Both the position numbers and the translations under genes were made by a program. From assembly GCA_050943595.1 (NCBI GenBank), contig JBMNPM010000007.1, forward strand, positions 6,288-70,287: DNA of 64,000 bases, written 5' to 3'. The notes beneath the pieces are model-generated. The model did no database searches and was not told the origin of the DNA. It saw nothing but the letters and a program-made list of their open reading frames with translations. The stretch comes from Thermoleophilia bacterium (GTDB taxonomy: Bacteria > Actinomycetota > Thermoleophilia > RBG-16-64-13). Positions 1 through 10,579 of the stretch are shown here, in pieces (position 1 is the stretch's first letter; every line of letters starts with the position of its first letter).

Positions 1-12
1 GCTGTACCGTTC

Positions 13-405
13 TTATGAGCCTTCCGGGCTCAACGATGAGTGGTGCTCTACGATCTTCCAATCACTCTCTGCCCATTGATAGACGAACGTATATCGTGCC
101 TCCACCGTGACGCGTCCTTCGTCCTTGCTGTCGACTTGGAAGCTGTAGAGTCCGGAGTTGACGGCGACACCATCCAGTACTCGTGTGTAGGCTTCCACGG
201 CCACACCGACGGGATGCTTCGGCAGAAACTCCCTCTCGAAGTATCCGCATATCTCCCGATGTCCTTTCTTGACGTCGCCACTGAACGTCGCGAGCAAGAT
301 CGCATCTTTCGCATAGAGCGCGGTCACTTGAGACGGGTCGCCGGTTTCTAAAGCTGCAAACCAGCGGTCCAGTAACTTCTCGACATCTTTGATGAGGCTG
401 CTCAT
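13..405 (-). CDS. SnoaL-like / NTF2-fold (DUF4440-like) protein. Likely start at MSSLIKD rather than the upstream ORF start.
   Basis: ~130 aa with the NTF2/SnoaL-like pattern (DVEKLLDRWFAALETGD...W). Start chosen at ATG 405. Confidence 0.45.
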   Translation of the reverse strand: MSSLIKDVEKLLDRWFAALETGDPSQVTALYAKDAILLATFSGDVKKGHREICGYFEREFLPKHPVGVAVEAYTRVLDGVAVNSGLYSFQVDSKDEGRVTVEARYTFVYQWAESDWKIVEHHSSLSPEGS

Positions 406-977
406 GAAGTCCCCTAATCTTGTGTTTGGAAGTGTATGGCTTGTAAAGCCGAACGTCTCACGCGTAGCCTGCGCGGGCTGCGGCTCCAAGCCACCACAGT
501 GGATTTGTCCCGTCCTGACGGACTGCATTATTAGGCTACATTGCACTGTACCTGATGTCGCTCCTCATAGGCCACAGGGGCGAGCTGTCGATAGAGCTGT
601 GTCGACGTCGACGGTTGTAAGTGGCCTCAATCCGGTGCTGCAAGCGCTCATGGAAGAGAGCGACCGTACTGACGCTCTCATGTATCCGAGGACTGAAGCC
701 GAAGATAACCAATGGATGGATGCGCACTGCGGTCAACAGCTCCTACATAAGGTCACCCTACCCGAGGTGGATCTTCCCATGAGCGAGACACTAAGGGAGC
801 CGGTGCGCAACTCTGATGTATCAAACCCCCGCTTCCAGCAGAAAGCAGGTTCGAATCAGGCAGACTCTCCAGGAAGCATGCAGAGAGGCGCGCTTCAGCT
901 GGAGCGCTACAATGCTCGACAATGCTATACGATCCATGAGTAATCTTATTATATTTATTATATAAGTGTGATGCCAC

Positions 978-2363
978 ATGAGTATTACTAATAAAACAGT
1001 CCTCTATTATTCGGTGCTACTTTTGTCGTTGTTTATTCTAGCAGTTACTCTCTGGTTGGTATCCGATAGTGGACATTCTTTTAACGAATTGCAAAAACGT
1101 CGCTATGAGTCACGATTGCTTGCTGAGGAGTTGCGACGCAGTTCTGACGACCTGACCCGCATGGCTCGTACTTATGTTATAACTGGTGATCCTCGGTTTC
1201 TTGAATACTTCAAAGAAATATCCGCTATTCGCAACGGGACATCACCACGTCCTGAGAATTATGAAAACATATATTGGGACTTCATTTCTGCTCATAAGAA
1301 TCATGACCGTAAGAGCGGGACAACGATATCTCTCATTGATAAGATGAAAGCCTTGAACTTCTCAGAATCAGAACTGAGTCTACTTCAAGATGCAAAAAGT
1401 CTTTCCGACGATTTAATGAAACTTGAAACTCGAGCATTCAATGCTCTTCAAGGCTTATACCAGGATGGTGAAGGCATCTACAGCGTAAAAGGAAAGCCTG
1501 ACACCATTCTGGCTCAAAATATCGTTTTCGGTGAGGCTTACTATCAGGCAAAATACAGAATTATGGAGAAAATAGACCAATTCTATAAATTACTCGATTA
1601 CCGTACAGAGAAAGAAGTAAACGATGTAGCGCAGCTTCAAAAGATATATCAGGCGATAGCTCTAGCGCTATCGATTATCATTATCGTGATGGTATTTATT
1701 GGTTACGGACTGATTAAAAAGGACATCATCAAACCACTTAATAAACTGTCCGAATGGATCAAGCAGATGCATAGTGGAGAATATAATTTCGATGCACGAG
1801 AATTCAGAAACAACGAAATAGGAATGATAGCCAATGCTTTTGCCGCTATGGCCTCTCACGTGTCGAGCAATATCTTTGACCTTGAGTATGTTTCCCAAAC
1901 AGATCCTCTGACTCAAATTAGTAATCGAAGCGCACTCGATAGGGCACTTATCAACGAAATGCAGAGATTCGAGCAGCACGGTACTCCCTGTTCAATCCTT
2001 ATTATGGACATAGATCATTTCAAGGAAATCAATGACCGCTACGGGCATCTCATCGGAGATAAGGTACTGGTAGAATTCGTCAAAGTATTGAGAGGTGCGA
2101 CACGACTGTCAGATATACCAGGACGGTGGGGTGGAGAGGAATTTATAGTTGTCTGTCCTAACACAGATCTAGAACATGGTAGAGCCGTTGCCGAACGAAT
2201 TCGGAAGCGTATCTCCCATCATAAGTTTGATGAAGTTGGGCATGTTACTGCGAGTATTGGCGTTAGTACGTTTGAAATAGGTGAGTCTCTCGAACAAACC
2301 ATCCAGAAGGCCGACGAGTTATTATATAAGGCGAAAAGCGAGGGTCGAAATCGGGTTTGCTGA
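978..2363 (+). CDS. Membrane-anchored sensor diguanylate cyclase (periplasmic sensor + TM + GGDEF, motif GGEEF, I-site RLSD).
   Basis: N-terminal TM, ~190 aa extracytoplasmic region, second TM, then GGDEF domain (DPLTQISNR...RWGGEEF). Gene is strongly AT-rich (~40% GC) in a ~63% GC context. Confidence 0.8.
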   Translation: MSITNKTVLYYSVLLLSLFILAVTLWLVSDSGHSFNELQKRRYESRLLAEELRRSSDDLTRMARTYVITGDPRFLEYFKEISAIRNGTSPRPENYENIYWDFISAHKNHDRKSGTTISLIDKMKALNFSESELSLLQDAKSLSDDLMKLETRAFNALQGLYQDGEGIYSVKGKPDTILAQNIVFGEAYYQAKYRIMEKIDQFYKLLDYRTEKEVNDVAQLQKIYQAIALALSIIIIVMVFIGYGLIKKDIIKPLNKLSEWIKQMHSGEYNFDAREFRNNEIGMIANAFAAMASHVSSNIFDLEYVSQTDPLTQISNRSALDRALINEMQRFEQHGTPCSILIMDIDHFKEINDRYGHLIGDKVLVEFVKVLRGATRLSDIPGRWGGEEFIVVCPNTDLEHGRAVAERIRKRISHHKFDEVGHVTASIGVSTFEIGESLEQTIQKADELLYKAKSEGRNRVC

Positions 2364-2765
2364 ATCGTTGTTGCACCTCGACTTTTCGTCGACCTGCGCT
2401 GGCAACTTCGTCTACCAGTTCCCCGGCCTGAAACGGAACGATTGCGGTGAGGCGTTTCGACATTCGGCGCGCCGGCACACCCTCAAGAAGATTGCCGCCG
2501 TCCTCGACCTTGCCCACTGCCTGTGCTGGGCTATGCGGCAGCCGACTTTGGCAGCATCCCCGAGCGTTTCATCCGCTACCTGACCGGACCTGCCTGACCA
2601 GGTGACGAAGCCGGCCTTCTACCTCAACACCTATGGACTTGTAAGCGCACGTACCGCATCTGACCTCATCGCGGCTGCGCTCAGCGCCGGCTTCACAGTC
2701 GTCGCCCCCACTTGCTTCGCATGCCGGAGTCGGCTCAAACTCATTGTTGGGCACACCGACCAGCG

Positions 2766-3695
2766 TCACTGTTCTCCAACGTAGTCGGTCGGCCAAGTCA
2801 TCTGCAAGACCAATCCACGCCCCTGGGACTTCCCGCGGTACATCAAATCGTCGGCAAGCCTGATGGCGAAGTCCGCGTCGATCGGAGGCTCCACGAAGGT
2901 GATCGCTCCGAACGTCGCTCCAACGTTCCAGCGCTCACCCATCTCCCTACCGAATGAACCAGCAACACGTGAGAGCGCAGTATGCGCTTCATCAGTCCCC
3001 GCTGCGCTCAACAAGAGACCGAACTCGTCGCCACCAAGCCGAGCAGCAGTATCGACAGCGCGAAGTTCACGCTCGATCGTCTCTGCAACCGCTTGAAGAA
3101 GCCTGTCACCCTCTGAGTGTCCGTGCGTATCGTTCACCTGCTTGAAGTGATCCAGGTCTAGGTAGGCGATGGTGAAGGGTTGCCCGTGTCTTCGGGACCT
3201 GGAGACCTCCTGCTCCACCCGCTCTCTGAAGACGCGGGCATTGGCGATGCCGGTCAGAGAGTCCCTGCGTGAGAGCGCACGCACACGCTCATGCGCCCTC
3301 CGGACAACGGCGACCAGCTCGTTGATGCTCAGGAAGAAGAGGAGCCGCACGGTCGTGTTCCAAGCAGGAATCCACTCCGCGGAGTACGTACGTCCCGTAG
3401 CTTCCAAGTAGCCCCAGATTACTGCCCCTGCGACCGCTGCCAAGCGGCCCGCATTCCGCGAGATGAAGGCGCCTGCGAAGAGCACCGGGAACAGATAGAA
3501 GACCGAGAAGCTGAGCTCTTCACCGGTGAAATAGTCGAGCAGGGCCACGAAGCCCAAGAGAAGTAGGCAGAGACCGGCTCGAACCAACAACGGTGTCGCG
3601 GCGATGCGACGTGCAAGAGAGGGCGCCCTGCTCGGGATTGCAGCCCGCACCGAGGATGGGCGGTCATCCGATCCGCTGTCCCGCGCAACCGCCAA
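2766..3695 (-). CDS. Membrane-associated diguanylate cyclase (GGDEF, motif GGDEF, I-site RAVD).
   Basis: Hydrophobic N-terminus, then DSLTGIANAR...ARLGGDEFGLLL...GKSQGRG. Confidence 0.75.
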   Translation of the reverse strand: MAVARDSGSDDRPSSVRAAIPSRAPSLARRIAATPLLVRAGLCLLLLGFVALLDYFTGEELSFSVFYLFPVLFAGAFISRNAGRLAAVAGAVIWGYLEATGRTYSAEWIPAWNTTVRLLFFLSINELVAVVRRAHERVRALSRRDSLTGIANARVFRERVEQEVSRSRRHGQPFTIAYLDLDHFKQVNDTHGHSEGDRLLQAVAETIERELRAVDTAARLGGDEFGLLLSAAGTDEAHTALSRVAGSFGREMGERWNVGATFGAITFVEPPIDADFAIRLADDLMYRGKSQGRGLVLQMTWPTDYVGEQ

Positions 3696-4005
3696 CCCGA
3701 CCTCCTTTGGCCGTAATGTCCTGGTTGTGCCTAAAGCACCGCGCGTAACCTGCGCGGACTGCAGTCTAGTGGATTGTACCCGCAGCGCCTTGGCGTGTCA
3801 GGTTGATGGGCTTGCTTGGGTAGGTGGCCACTTGATGCTCACTTCTGCGATCAGTGCCGTCGTTCGGCATCAGACTTCGATTCAACGAGAGCGCCGCCAA
3901 TGCGCCGCCAATGTCATGTAAAGAGAACGTCGGCAATGGCCCGGCTGGGACGGCCAAGCTTATGTGACCTTCGAGCCGGAGGCGGTTGATTACCGGCTGC
4001 CGTAG

Positions 4006-4215
4006 GATCACTATATCGGGGATGTGGAGCACGCTATTTTACATCTGATGTACTCGCGCTTCTTCACCAAAGCACTCTACAATTTGGATGTGGTCGGTTT
4101 CGAGGAACCGTTCAAGAACCTGTTCATCCAGGTGCGGAGCTACGTGCTCTTCATGGGCCCGGCTGAAAGCGGTGTCAAGTGGAGCGACCAGGGCGTCGAG
4201 AGGAGGCTACTGTGA
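4006..4215 (+). pseudogene. leuS: Remnant of leucyl-tRNA synthetase (leuS) C-terminal region.
   Basis: In-frame fragment [42 protein letters not shown] ... [12 protein letters not shown] matches the LeuRS region around HLLYSRFF...EPFKRLF and the WSEQGVEG segment. It is bounded by a stop upstream, and the KMSKS region is absent. Confidence 0.55.
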
Positions 4216-4796
4216 CCGGACAGAAGCCGAGGAAAGTGGTAGTGTGTCTATCAATCCGTGCGACGCTCCTTTGCTGCCTGGTGGCCCTCGCTACGGCTTT
4301 TTGTGCCTGCGGCGGCGAGGATGCCGAACCGGCGACCACCACGATCACTACGGCTGTGGAGCCCTCCTCAACCAGCACGACATCGACGACTGAGTTGCCC
4401 ACTGCTGCAGAGCCTCCTACGACCCCGCCCGCGACCGTCGCTATCTCGGCTGCAGCTTCGGTGTACGCGGAGGACCTGGGCGGGACTTCGCATCAGGACC
4501 AGACGCTGTACTTCGTGGTGGGTGCGAGTGTCGGTAGTGAGGAGGAAGCGCAGACCCTGCTGGACGAGGCCGGCATGAGTTTCGGCGATATGCAATCCTA
4601 TTTCATCGTGCAGAACTCCAGCAACTTCGACGGCATGGAGCCGGGCCACTGGGTGATCGTAGAGGCCTACCGCGACGAGCCTTCGGCTGAGAATCTCGAC
4701 TTCGGCCGCCGCGCGTTCCCCGACCTACAGGTGGTGAAAGCCACGGTGTTGACCGGTGACCCCATCCCCGTCTACGAAGAGATCATGGGACTCTAG
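4212..4796 (+). CDS. Secreted/lipoprotein of unknown function with Thr/Pro-rich linker.
   Basis: GTG start at 4212 preceded by GAGAGGAGG RBS. Signal peptide with Cys-containing lipobox region ([10 protein letters not shown]), TTTITT/PPTTPP linker, ~110 aa C-terminal domain. Confidence 0.5.
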   Translation: MTGQKPRKVVVCLSIRATLLCCLVALATAFCACGGEDAEPATTTITTAVEPSSTSTTSTTELPTAAEPPTTPPATVAISAAASVYAEDLGGTSHQDQTLYFVVGASVGSEEEAQTLLDEAGMSFGDMQSYFIVQNSSNFDGMEPGHWVIVEAYRDEPSAENLDFGRRAFPDLQVVKATVLTGDPIPVYEEIMGL

Positions 4797-4889
4797 TAGT
4801 CCCTGGGGTGTGTGGCCGTCCTCCTGCCCGGTCGGGAACCATCAACCACGAGGGCCACCAAATCTCTCAGCGTCGGCGCACAGTGGTGA

Positions 4890-5078
4890 GGAACTCTTAG
4901 GCTGGATGAAGAACACAGGCGGCCTGCGCAAGCTCCTGCACTGAGGACTTGAGAAGGTGAGCAGGGTCTTCATCTTGGCCTGCATGGCCTTCAACCTGGT
5001 GCGAATGGGTACACTTATGGCGGAGCCATCACTCCCGCCCGTTAGCTTATTGAGGCTGTTCATCGGCGTCGACTATTA
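4890..5078 (+). mobile_element. 3'-terminal remnant of an IS1182-family transposase gene (frameshifted).
   Basis: LGWMKNTGGLRKLLH/GLEKVSRVFILACMAFNLVRM reproduces the IS1182 transposase C-terminal pattern (GQIK.NRGFRRFLLRGLEKVS....L.C.A.NL.K) with one frameshift. No intact transposase. Confidence 0.5.
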
Positions 5079-5101
5079 ACACCCTGTTAGGGAGGGGCAC
5101 A

Positions 5102-5845
5102 ATGGGGCGCTTGACCCGCACACTCCTCGTTCTCGCGGCCGTCATCGTCATCGCCCTGGCAGCGTGGTTTGGCATGGGTTTCTTCGTCGCGCCGGCTACG
5201 GGTCCTGTGAAGAGTCAGGTCAGAGAGGTAAGTGACTTCAACACGTTGAAGGTCGACGGACGAGGTACGGTCGTCATCAGGGTCGACGACAAGCCGGCGC
5301 TCCGAGTCGAAGCCAAAGAAAGCGTTCTTGAAAGGCTGCAAACACATGTGGACGGCCAGGTGCTGAGCCTTCATGAACGGTGGGGATGGATGGGTGTCGC
5401 CTTCCTATTCGGGGACCCGAAGATCACCTATTACGTGACCGTGCCCACTCTCTCATCCATCGACCTAAGTGGGTCCATCGTCATTGGGACGGAAGGCGTG
5501 CTCGCCGCGGACAAGCTCAGTATCGACACGAGCGGATCCTCCAATGTGACCATCTCGGTGAACACCAGCAGCCTCACCCTGGATTGCTCCGGCTCGTCAG
5601 ACGTCGACCTCTCCGGCACTGTCGACAACCTAGTCATCGAAGCCAGCGGCTCGACCGATGTACAGGCGCGAGAACTCGTCACCCGTATCGCAACGATCGA
5701 CTGTAGCGGCTCCTCCGACATCCATCTGAACGTCAGTGAGCTACTGACTGTGAAGATGTCCGGCAGTTCAAATGTGACCTATCTCGGAAACCCGCAACTC
5801 AATACCGACTTGTCCGGATCAGGACGGGTCCGCGCAGTCCAGTAG
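5102..5845 (+). CDS. DUF2807 / putative adhesin head GIN-domain protein (membrane-anchored).
   Basis: N-terminal TM, then repeated SGS(S/T)D(V/I) beta-helix-like units (DLSGSIVI, DTSGSSNV, DCSGSSDV, EASGSTDV, DCSGSSDI, KMSGSSNV). Confidence 0.55.
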   Translation: MGRLTRTLLVLAAVIVIALAAWFGMGFFVAPATGPVKSQVREVSDFNTLKVDGRGTVVIRVDDKPALRVEAKESVLERLQTHVDGQVLSLHERWGWMGVAFLFGDPKITYYVTVPTLSSIDLSGSIVIGTEGVLAADKLSIDTSGSSNVTISVNTSSLTLDCSGSSDVDLSGTVDNLVIEASGSTDVQARELVTRIATIDCSGSSDIHLNVSELLTVKMSGSSNVTYLGNPQLNTDLSGSGRVRAVQ

Positions 5846-6164
5846 CCGACACAGGACTGCAGAGACGGCACCGCGCTCCCTGAGCGCGACCGAACAGAGT
5901 TCGTGGTGGGCCACCTGCACCAATTGCGCAGGACCGCTCCAGCAGCGCGACCATGCCCGGGATTTCATATGCCCGACCTGCGCCAGCGAAAAGAGGCAAC
6001 GGCTCCTCCGGTAATACCGGCCCAGGTGGCAGCCCTTGTAGATAACGGTCCGAGCCGGCCTGACGAGGGATCCACGCAGTAACCCGCCGAGATGGGATGA
6101 AGCTCTTGAAGATGCCTGGAAAGAGGGCGCATGTGCTCTCACATGGCGCAGGTTCATCAATGGA

Positions 6165-7169
6165 TCAGCGACGCCTACTATCCAGAAGGCGGCCCAAAAG
6201 CATAGCGAAACACAACGCAAGAGCGGAACTCGCCCACATTAGCCTGACGGCGTTCCGAATATCCGCGGAGCCGGCCGGCCGCCCCGACTCGCCGATGAAC
6301 GGAGCCGCCACCTCGCGGCCGTCGCGACTCACCGGTCCTCCCAAGCGCACCCCGAGGGCTCCAGCAAAGGCGGCCTCCGCCAAGCCTGCGTTCGGACTGA
6401 CATGTTTCCTGCCGTCAAGACGCACCGTCCGCATCACATCACCCCAACTTCGCCCGCGAAGGCCGGCGGCAAGCCCCACAAGCAGGACGCTCAACCGGGC
6501 AGGCAGATAGTTGGCTGCATCGTCGAGACGGGCCGACGCCCAGCCGAAACGGAGATAGCGGGCGTTCTTGTATCCGAAGGTCGAATCGAGCGTACTGATG
6601 GCTTTAAAGGCTACGGCAGCGGGAGCTCCACCTATCGCTGCATAGAGGAGCGGTGAAATCACCCCGTCGACCGTGTTCTCAGCTACGCTTTCCACAGCGG
6701 CTCTGGCCACACCGCTCTCGTCCAAGTCGTCGGTGTCACGCCCCACTATGCGGGCCACCGCCCGGCGGGCGCCCGGCAGGTCTTCCCGGTTGAGAGCCAG
6801 GCGGACGGCTTCCGCGTGAGTGGCGAGATCGCGTGAAGCGATGGCCGTATATATCAGGAGAATAGAGACGAGATCGCCGACACCCGGGTTTATTAGTCTC
6901 CCCCCACGCTCCAAAGCCATAGCAGTCGCTGTGCTGCCAAGAACAATTGCGGCAGCCGTTAAGACACCTGCGTTCCTCTCGTCAGATACGCAGCGACGCA
7001 TCGGCTCTTCGAGGGCGACGGCGGACCGTCCCATCAGCTCCACGGGGTGGGGCCATGAGAGAGGATCCCCGAGCACCAAGTCCAAGCCCCAAGCACACAA
7101 AACTCTCCCCCAGAGCTTCACGATCCTCTCTTCACGATCCTCTCTCTTCTGCAAGTAGATCATCCGCAT
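6165..7169 (-). CDS. cbiB: Adenosylcobinamide-phosphate synthase CbiB/CobD.
   Basis: WGLDLVLGDPLSWPHPVELMGR and membrane topology typical of CbiB. Last gene of the B12 transport/salvage operon. Confidence 0.8.
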   Translation of the reverse strand: MRMIYLQKREDREERIVKLWGRVLCAWGLDLVLGDPLSWPHPVELMGRSAVALEEPMRRCVSDERNAGVLTAAAIVLGSTATAMALERGGRLINPGVGDLVSILLIYTAIASRDLATHAEAVRLALNREDLPGARRAVARIVGRDTDDLDESGVARAAVESVAENTVDGVISPLLYAAIGGAPAAVAFKAISTLDSTFGYKNARYLRFGWASARLDDAANYLPARLSVLLVGLAAGLRGRSWGDVMRTVRLDGRKHVSPNAGLAEAAFAGALGVRLGGPVSRDGREVAAPFIGESGRPAGSADIRNAVRLMWASSALALCFAMLLGRLLDSRRR

Positions 7170-8271
7170 GCCGCCACGTCTTCAGGCCCATCGCGACGGC
7201 CTTTTCGTACAGCACCCGGTTCTTCACATTCGTCTCGCCGTAGTCCTGCAGGCAGTTGATCACCGCGTCGCACGACTCAAGGCGGGCTATCGCAACCTGT
7301 AGTGTCTCATCGCGGATCGTCGTGAAGCCCGGCTCGCTGATAACCTCAGTGGCCAGCTCTGCAGCCAACTGAAAATCGATATCGTTCTCATGCAGAATGC
7401 CGGTAACAAACGGCACACCCTGCTTCTGCAGCGCGCGATATTCCTCAATGCCCGTCCCGCCGCCGGCGATCACAAACACTCTCGCTTCACCCTGCGGTCT
7501 ACCCAGCTCAACGCTCCCGAACAGTGGGTTATAGCTGCCATCTACCAGATCATATAGCGCATGTATCAGCTCTCTCTTGAATATGTCTTTTGGCGAACCA
7601 TAGTGCTCAATGAACTCTCCCCTGACACACATCACAACATCCGAGATCTTCTGTGCCAGATCCAGTTCGTGCATGGACATGACGACAGCGATACCCCGCA
7701 ATTTGGCCATGCTGCGGAGGATGTCAAGGAGCTCGAGTTGATAACGTATGTCGAGAAAGGACGTCGGTTCATCCAGAACAATGATCTGCGGCTCTTGACA
7801 GATCGCCCGTGCCAGCAGGACCCTTTGCCGCTGCCCATCGCTGATCCGTGTGAAGTCCCTGTCCCGCAGGTCCCAGGTGTCGACCAATTCCATCGCTTCT
7901 CTGGTCTGCCGTTTATCATGCTCAGAGAGAATGCCCAAGCGCCCCGTATATGGGTAGCGACCGGTCGCAACGACGTCTTCACAGGTCATCAGTTCTGTTC
8001 TCAGCCTCTCGGTAAGCACCACGGCCACTTCGTGGGACATGTCTTTGTTGGTCATGTCCTCAATCGACCGATTATCGATATATACAGTGCCGTAGATACT
8101 CTTGAGGTACTTGGTGATGGTCTTCAGTATCGTAGTCTTCCCAGAACCATTCGGTCCAATCAAGGTGAGAATCTCACCGGCATTCAGCTGCATCTTTATA
8201 TTCTTGATCAGAGGCTTTCCGTCATAACCGACGGCCAGCTGATCCGTATAGAAGTAATACTGCTCGCTCAT
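7132..8271 (-). CDS. ABC transporter ATP-binding protein (FecE/BtuD-like) fused to an unassigned ~130-aa C-terminal domain.
   Basis: Walker A GPNGSGKTT, ABC signature LSDGQRQR, Walker B IIVLDEPTS, H-loop. Residues ~255-379 (RVFVIAGGGTGIEE...VPFVTGILHEND...) are not part of a canonical ABC ATPase. Confidence 0.8.
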   Translation of the reverse strand: MSEQYYFYTDQLAVGYDGKPLIKNIKMQLNAGEILTLIGPNGSGKTTILKTITKYLKSIYGTVYIDNRSIEDMTNKDMSHEVAVVLTERLRTELMTCEDVVATGRYPYTGRLGILSEHDKRQTREAMELVDTWDLRDRDFTRISDGQRQRVLLARAICQEPQIIVLDEPTSFLDIRYQLELLDILRSMAKLRGIAVVMSMHELDLAQKISDVVMCVRGEFIEHYGSPKDIFKRELIHALYDLVDGSYNPLFGSVELGRPQGEARVFVIAGGGTGIEEYRALQKQGVPFVTGILHENDIDFQLAAELATEVISEPGFTTIRDETLQVAIARLESCDAVINCLQDYGETNVKNRVLYEKAVAMGLKTWRHADDLLAEERGS

Positions 8272-9341
8272 GTGCGGTTTGCCCTACGCCTTCTAATCAT
8301 GACGTATAGCACCACCGGAGCACCAAACGCAGCCGTGACAGAGCTGAGGACCAATTCTGTCGGAGCAAATGCCGTTCTTGCTATCAGATCACACCCCAGA
8401 CAGAAGACGGCCCCTCCCAAGAAGCACGCCGGAATCATGACAATCGGCTTCGCCGTCTTCAAAGCGGCTTTTATCACATGGGGAACCGCAACACCAACAA
8501 ATGCGACAGGTCCGGCAAAGGCAGTCACACAGGCAGCCAACAAACTCGAGAGCACTACCAACATCACCCGGAACGCCCTGACATTGACACCCATACTCTG
8601 CGCATAGTTCTCGCCCAGCTGATATGCCCCGATAGGCTTAGACATCAAAAACACCACGACCGAGGTGACCAGCACTACGGCCGTCATCACACCGACATCA
8701 CCCCAAGCAATGCCGGAGAAACTACCGCGGGACCAGTTGTGCAGATTCACGATGTTGGCGTCGTCGGCAAAAGTGATCAGGAAATCGGTGATGGCGGAGC
8801 ATATGTACCCGATCATCACGCCACAGACAATCAACATCGACATTCTCGCCACTCTTCTCGCTATCAGGAGCACGAACCCCATCGAAAGCAGCGCGCCGGC
8901 AAATGCCGCCAGAACAAAGAATCCGGAGCTGACCGTCTGATACGCATCGAGCACCGTGATCATGACGATCGCGACCGTCAGCTTAGCGCCCGATGAGATT
9001 CCCAAGATATAAGGACCCGCGATGGGGTTGTTGAAGAAGGTTTGCAGCAAGAAGCCGGAAAGAGCCAGTGCGCCGCCCAAAACCACGGCGGCGATCAACC
9101 GTGGAAACCGGATCAGCCAAATGATCTTCCCCTCTGTTGATTCGCCCCCCTGCTCGATGATTGCCCGCCATAGTGTGCTGGGCGATAGCGAGAAACTGCC
9201 GAGGGTTATGTTAAGAACCGCCAGCAAAAACAACAGAATAACGAGGCATACAAACACGATGGCGATCCGTGACCGGATCAGCGCTTTCTCAGGAGTAACG
9301 GCAGAGATGTCGGCCTGCGCAGTGGAGTTCGCACGCCTCAT
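8268..9341 (-). CDS. FecCD-family ABC permease (BtuC-like).
   Basis: ~10 TM helices and conserved FecCD motifs (GPYILGISSGA, CGVMIGY). Stop/start coupled with neighbours. Confidence 0.8.
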   Translation of the reverse strand: MRRANSTAQADISAVTPEKALIRSRIAIVFVCLVILLFLLAVLNITLGSFSLSPSTLWRAIIEQGGESTEGKIIWLIRFPRLIAAVVLGGALALSGFLLQTFFNNPIAGPYILGISSGAKLTVAIVMITVLDAYQTVSSGFFVLAAFAGALLSMGFVLLIARRVARMSMLIVCGVMIGYICSAITDFLITFADDANIVNLHNWSRGSFSGIAWGDVGVMTAVVLVTSVVVFLMSKPIGAYQLGENYAQSMGVNVRAFRVMLVVLSSLLAACVTAFAGPVAFVGVAVPHVIKAALKTAKPIVMIPACFLGGAVFCLGCDLIARTAFAPTELVLSSVTAAFGAPVVLYVMIRRRRANRT

Positions 9342-10579
9342 TGCAACTTGTACATGAAAGACAGCTTCTCAAGATCATCGCCACCCACAAGCATCTGGTG
9401 GATGTCGGCAGTCATCAAACCGAGTTTTGTGGTCTCCTGATAGAGGTTCTGCTCGGTACACCATACGTTGCCGGTCTTAACAGCCTTAAAATCAGCCAGA
9501 AGGTTGCTCTTGCCGATGAGTTGATCAATAGTGAAAACTCCACCATCTATCGTACTATTGTATATTATGAAATCAGCATCCTTGGCCGCAGCATAAAATG
9601 CCTCAAATTCCATGGTAACAGTTGATGTCGCTACCGTTGGATCTCCCAACTCATCAAATATATAGTTACCCCCAGCAAGATCTATCATCTTGGTGACATA
9701 GTCTCCCGGCTTTCTGACGACTGCTGATCCCATAGAGTTGATATAGAAGAATGCCACAGTTTTGCCGGTATTTTCAAGGTTCGATACGGAATCCAGATAA
9801 TCAATTTGGTCGTTAAATATGTTCTCTGCTACGTCTTCCTTACCCATCAAAGCGGCATATAGCTTTATCCACTCTGTACGACCCAAAGGATGTTCTTCTA
9901 AACTCGATTGCTCAACGAGTACCGGGATTCCGATCTCCTGCAGTTTTTCCTTTACTTCGGGAGTATGATTGATCATGGTTGACTCGATCGCCAACCTACA
10001 GCCGGTCGCCAATATCAGCTCGTAGTCCGGCCTGCTGTATTTCCCCGCGTACAAAATGTCTCCGTCCTGCATAGCCGTCTTGGCGTTCTCCACATACCAG
10101 CCGTCGGCCTTGGTACCGGATAGTGCAATGGCATCCAATGAATCCAGGGCGTCAAACAGGCACATGGTAGAAGTCGCGACAAGATAGATGTGATCGACGG
10201 GCCGCTTTAAGATCACAATATCCTCATCGACATCATCCGGGGTATCGGCGTCTTCCGGAACAACCAGGAACCGATCCCCGTTCGATATCGAGATCAACGC
10301 GTATCCCCCATTGAAGTAGTCCACGCTGAAATTCTGTGCATATTCGAGGTCCATTGTGGATGTCGGCTGCCAACCGTTTCCAAGCGGATCTCTGCCTGTC
10401 GCGCCGTCATCCGGTGGAGCGCTGGAACAAGCGCTTAGCAGCCCCAGCAACATGAGGATGGCTAGGAATACGGCTACACGGGCTGCACGGGCTACACGTA
10501 TTCTCTTCACGATTCGGCGCTCCCTTCCCAGCGTACTTTCCGGCGTCGGGCGCGCACGAAGACACTCACTTGGTGCCAA
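9338..10579 (-). CDS. Periplasmic (lipoprotein) substrate-binding protein, class III (BtuF/FecB-like).
   Basis: Lipoprotein signal LLGLLSACSS and Peripla_BP_2-like architecture. Adjacent to the permease/ATPase genes. Confidence 0.7.
   Translation of the reverse strand: MAPSECLRARPTPESTLGRERRIVKRIRVARAARVAVFLAILMLLGLLSACSSAPPDDGATGRDPLGNGWQPTSTMDLEYAQNFSVDYFNGGYALISISNGDRFLVVPEDADTPDDVDEDIVILKRPVDHIYLVATSTMCLFDALDSLDAIALSGTKADGWYVENAKTAMQDGDILYAGKYSRPDYELILATGCRLAIESTMINHTPEVKEKLQEIGIPVLVEQSSLEEHPLGRTEWIKLYAALMGKEDVAENIFNDQIDYLDSVSNLENTGKTVAFFYINSMGSAVVRKPGDYVTKMIDLAGGNYIFDELGDPTVATSTVTMEFEAFYAAAKDADFIIYNSTIDGGVFTIDQLIGKSNLLADFKAVKTGNVWCTEQNLYQETTKLGLMTADIHQMLVGGDDLEKLSFMYKLQ

Noticed and set aside
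389-943. 184-aa ORF between the SnoaL gene and the first GGDEF gene
   Set aside because: No recognisable domain. It overlaps the antisense of the SnoaL gene start and is probably the promoter/UTR region of the AT-rich GGDEF gene.
2263-2796. Short ORFs in the 400-bp gap between the two convergent GGDEF genes (2263-2517, 2281-2583, 2569-2796, 2602-2784)
   Set aside because: No motifs I can assign. They might be eroded gene fragments, but evidence is insufficient to call them.
5819-6220. 133-aa minus-strand ORF in the convergent gap between DUF2807 gene and cbiB
   Set aside because: Arg/Ser-rich low-complexity translation with no start context. Likely non-coding.
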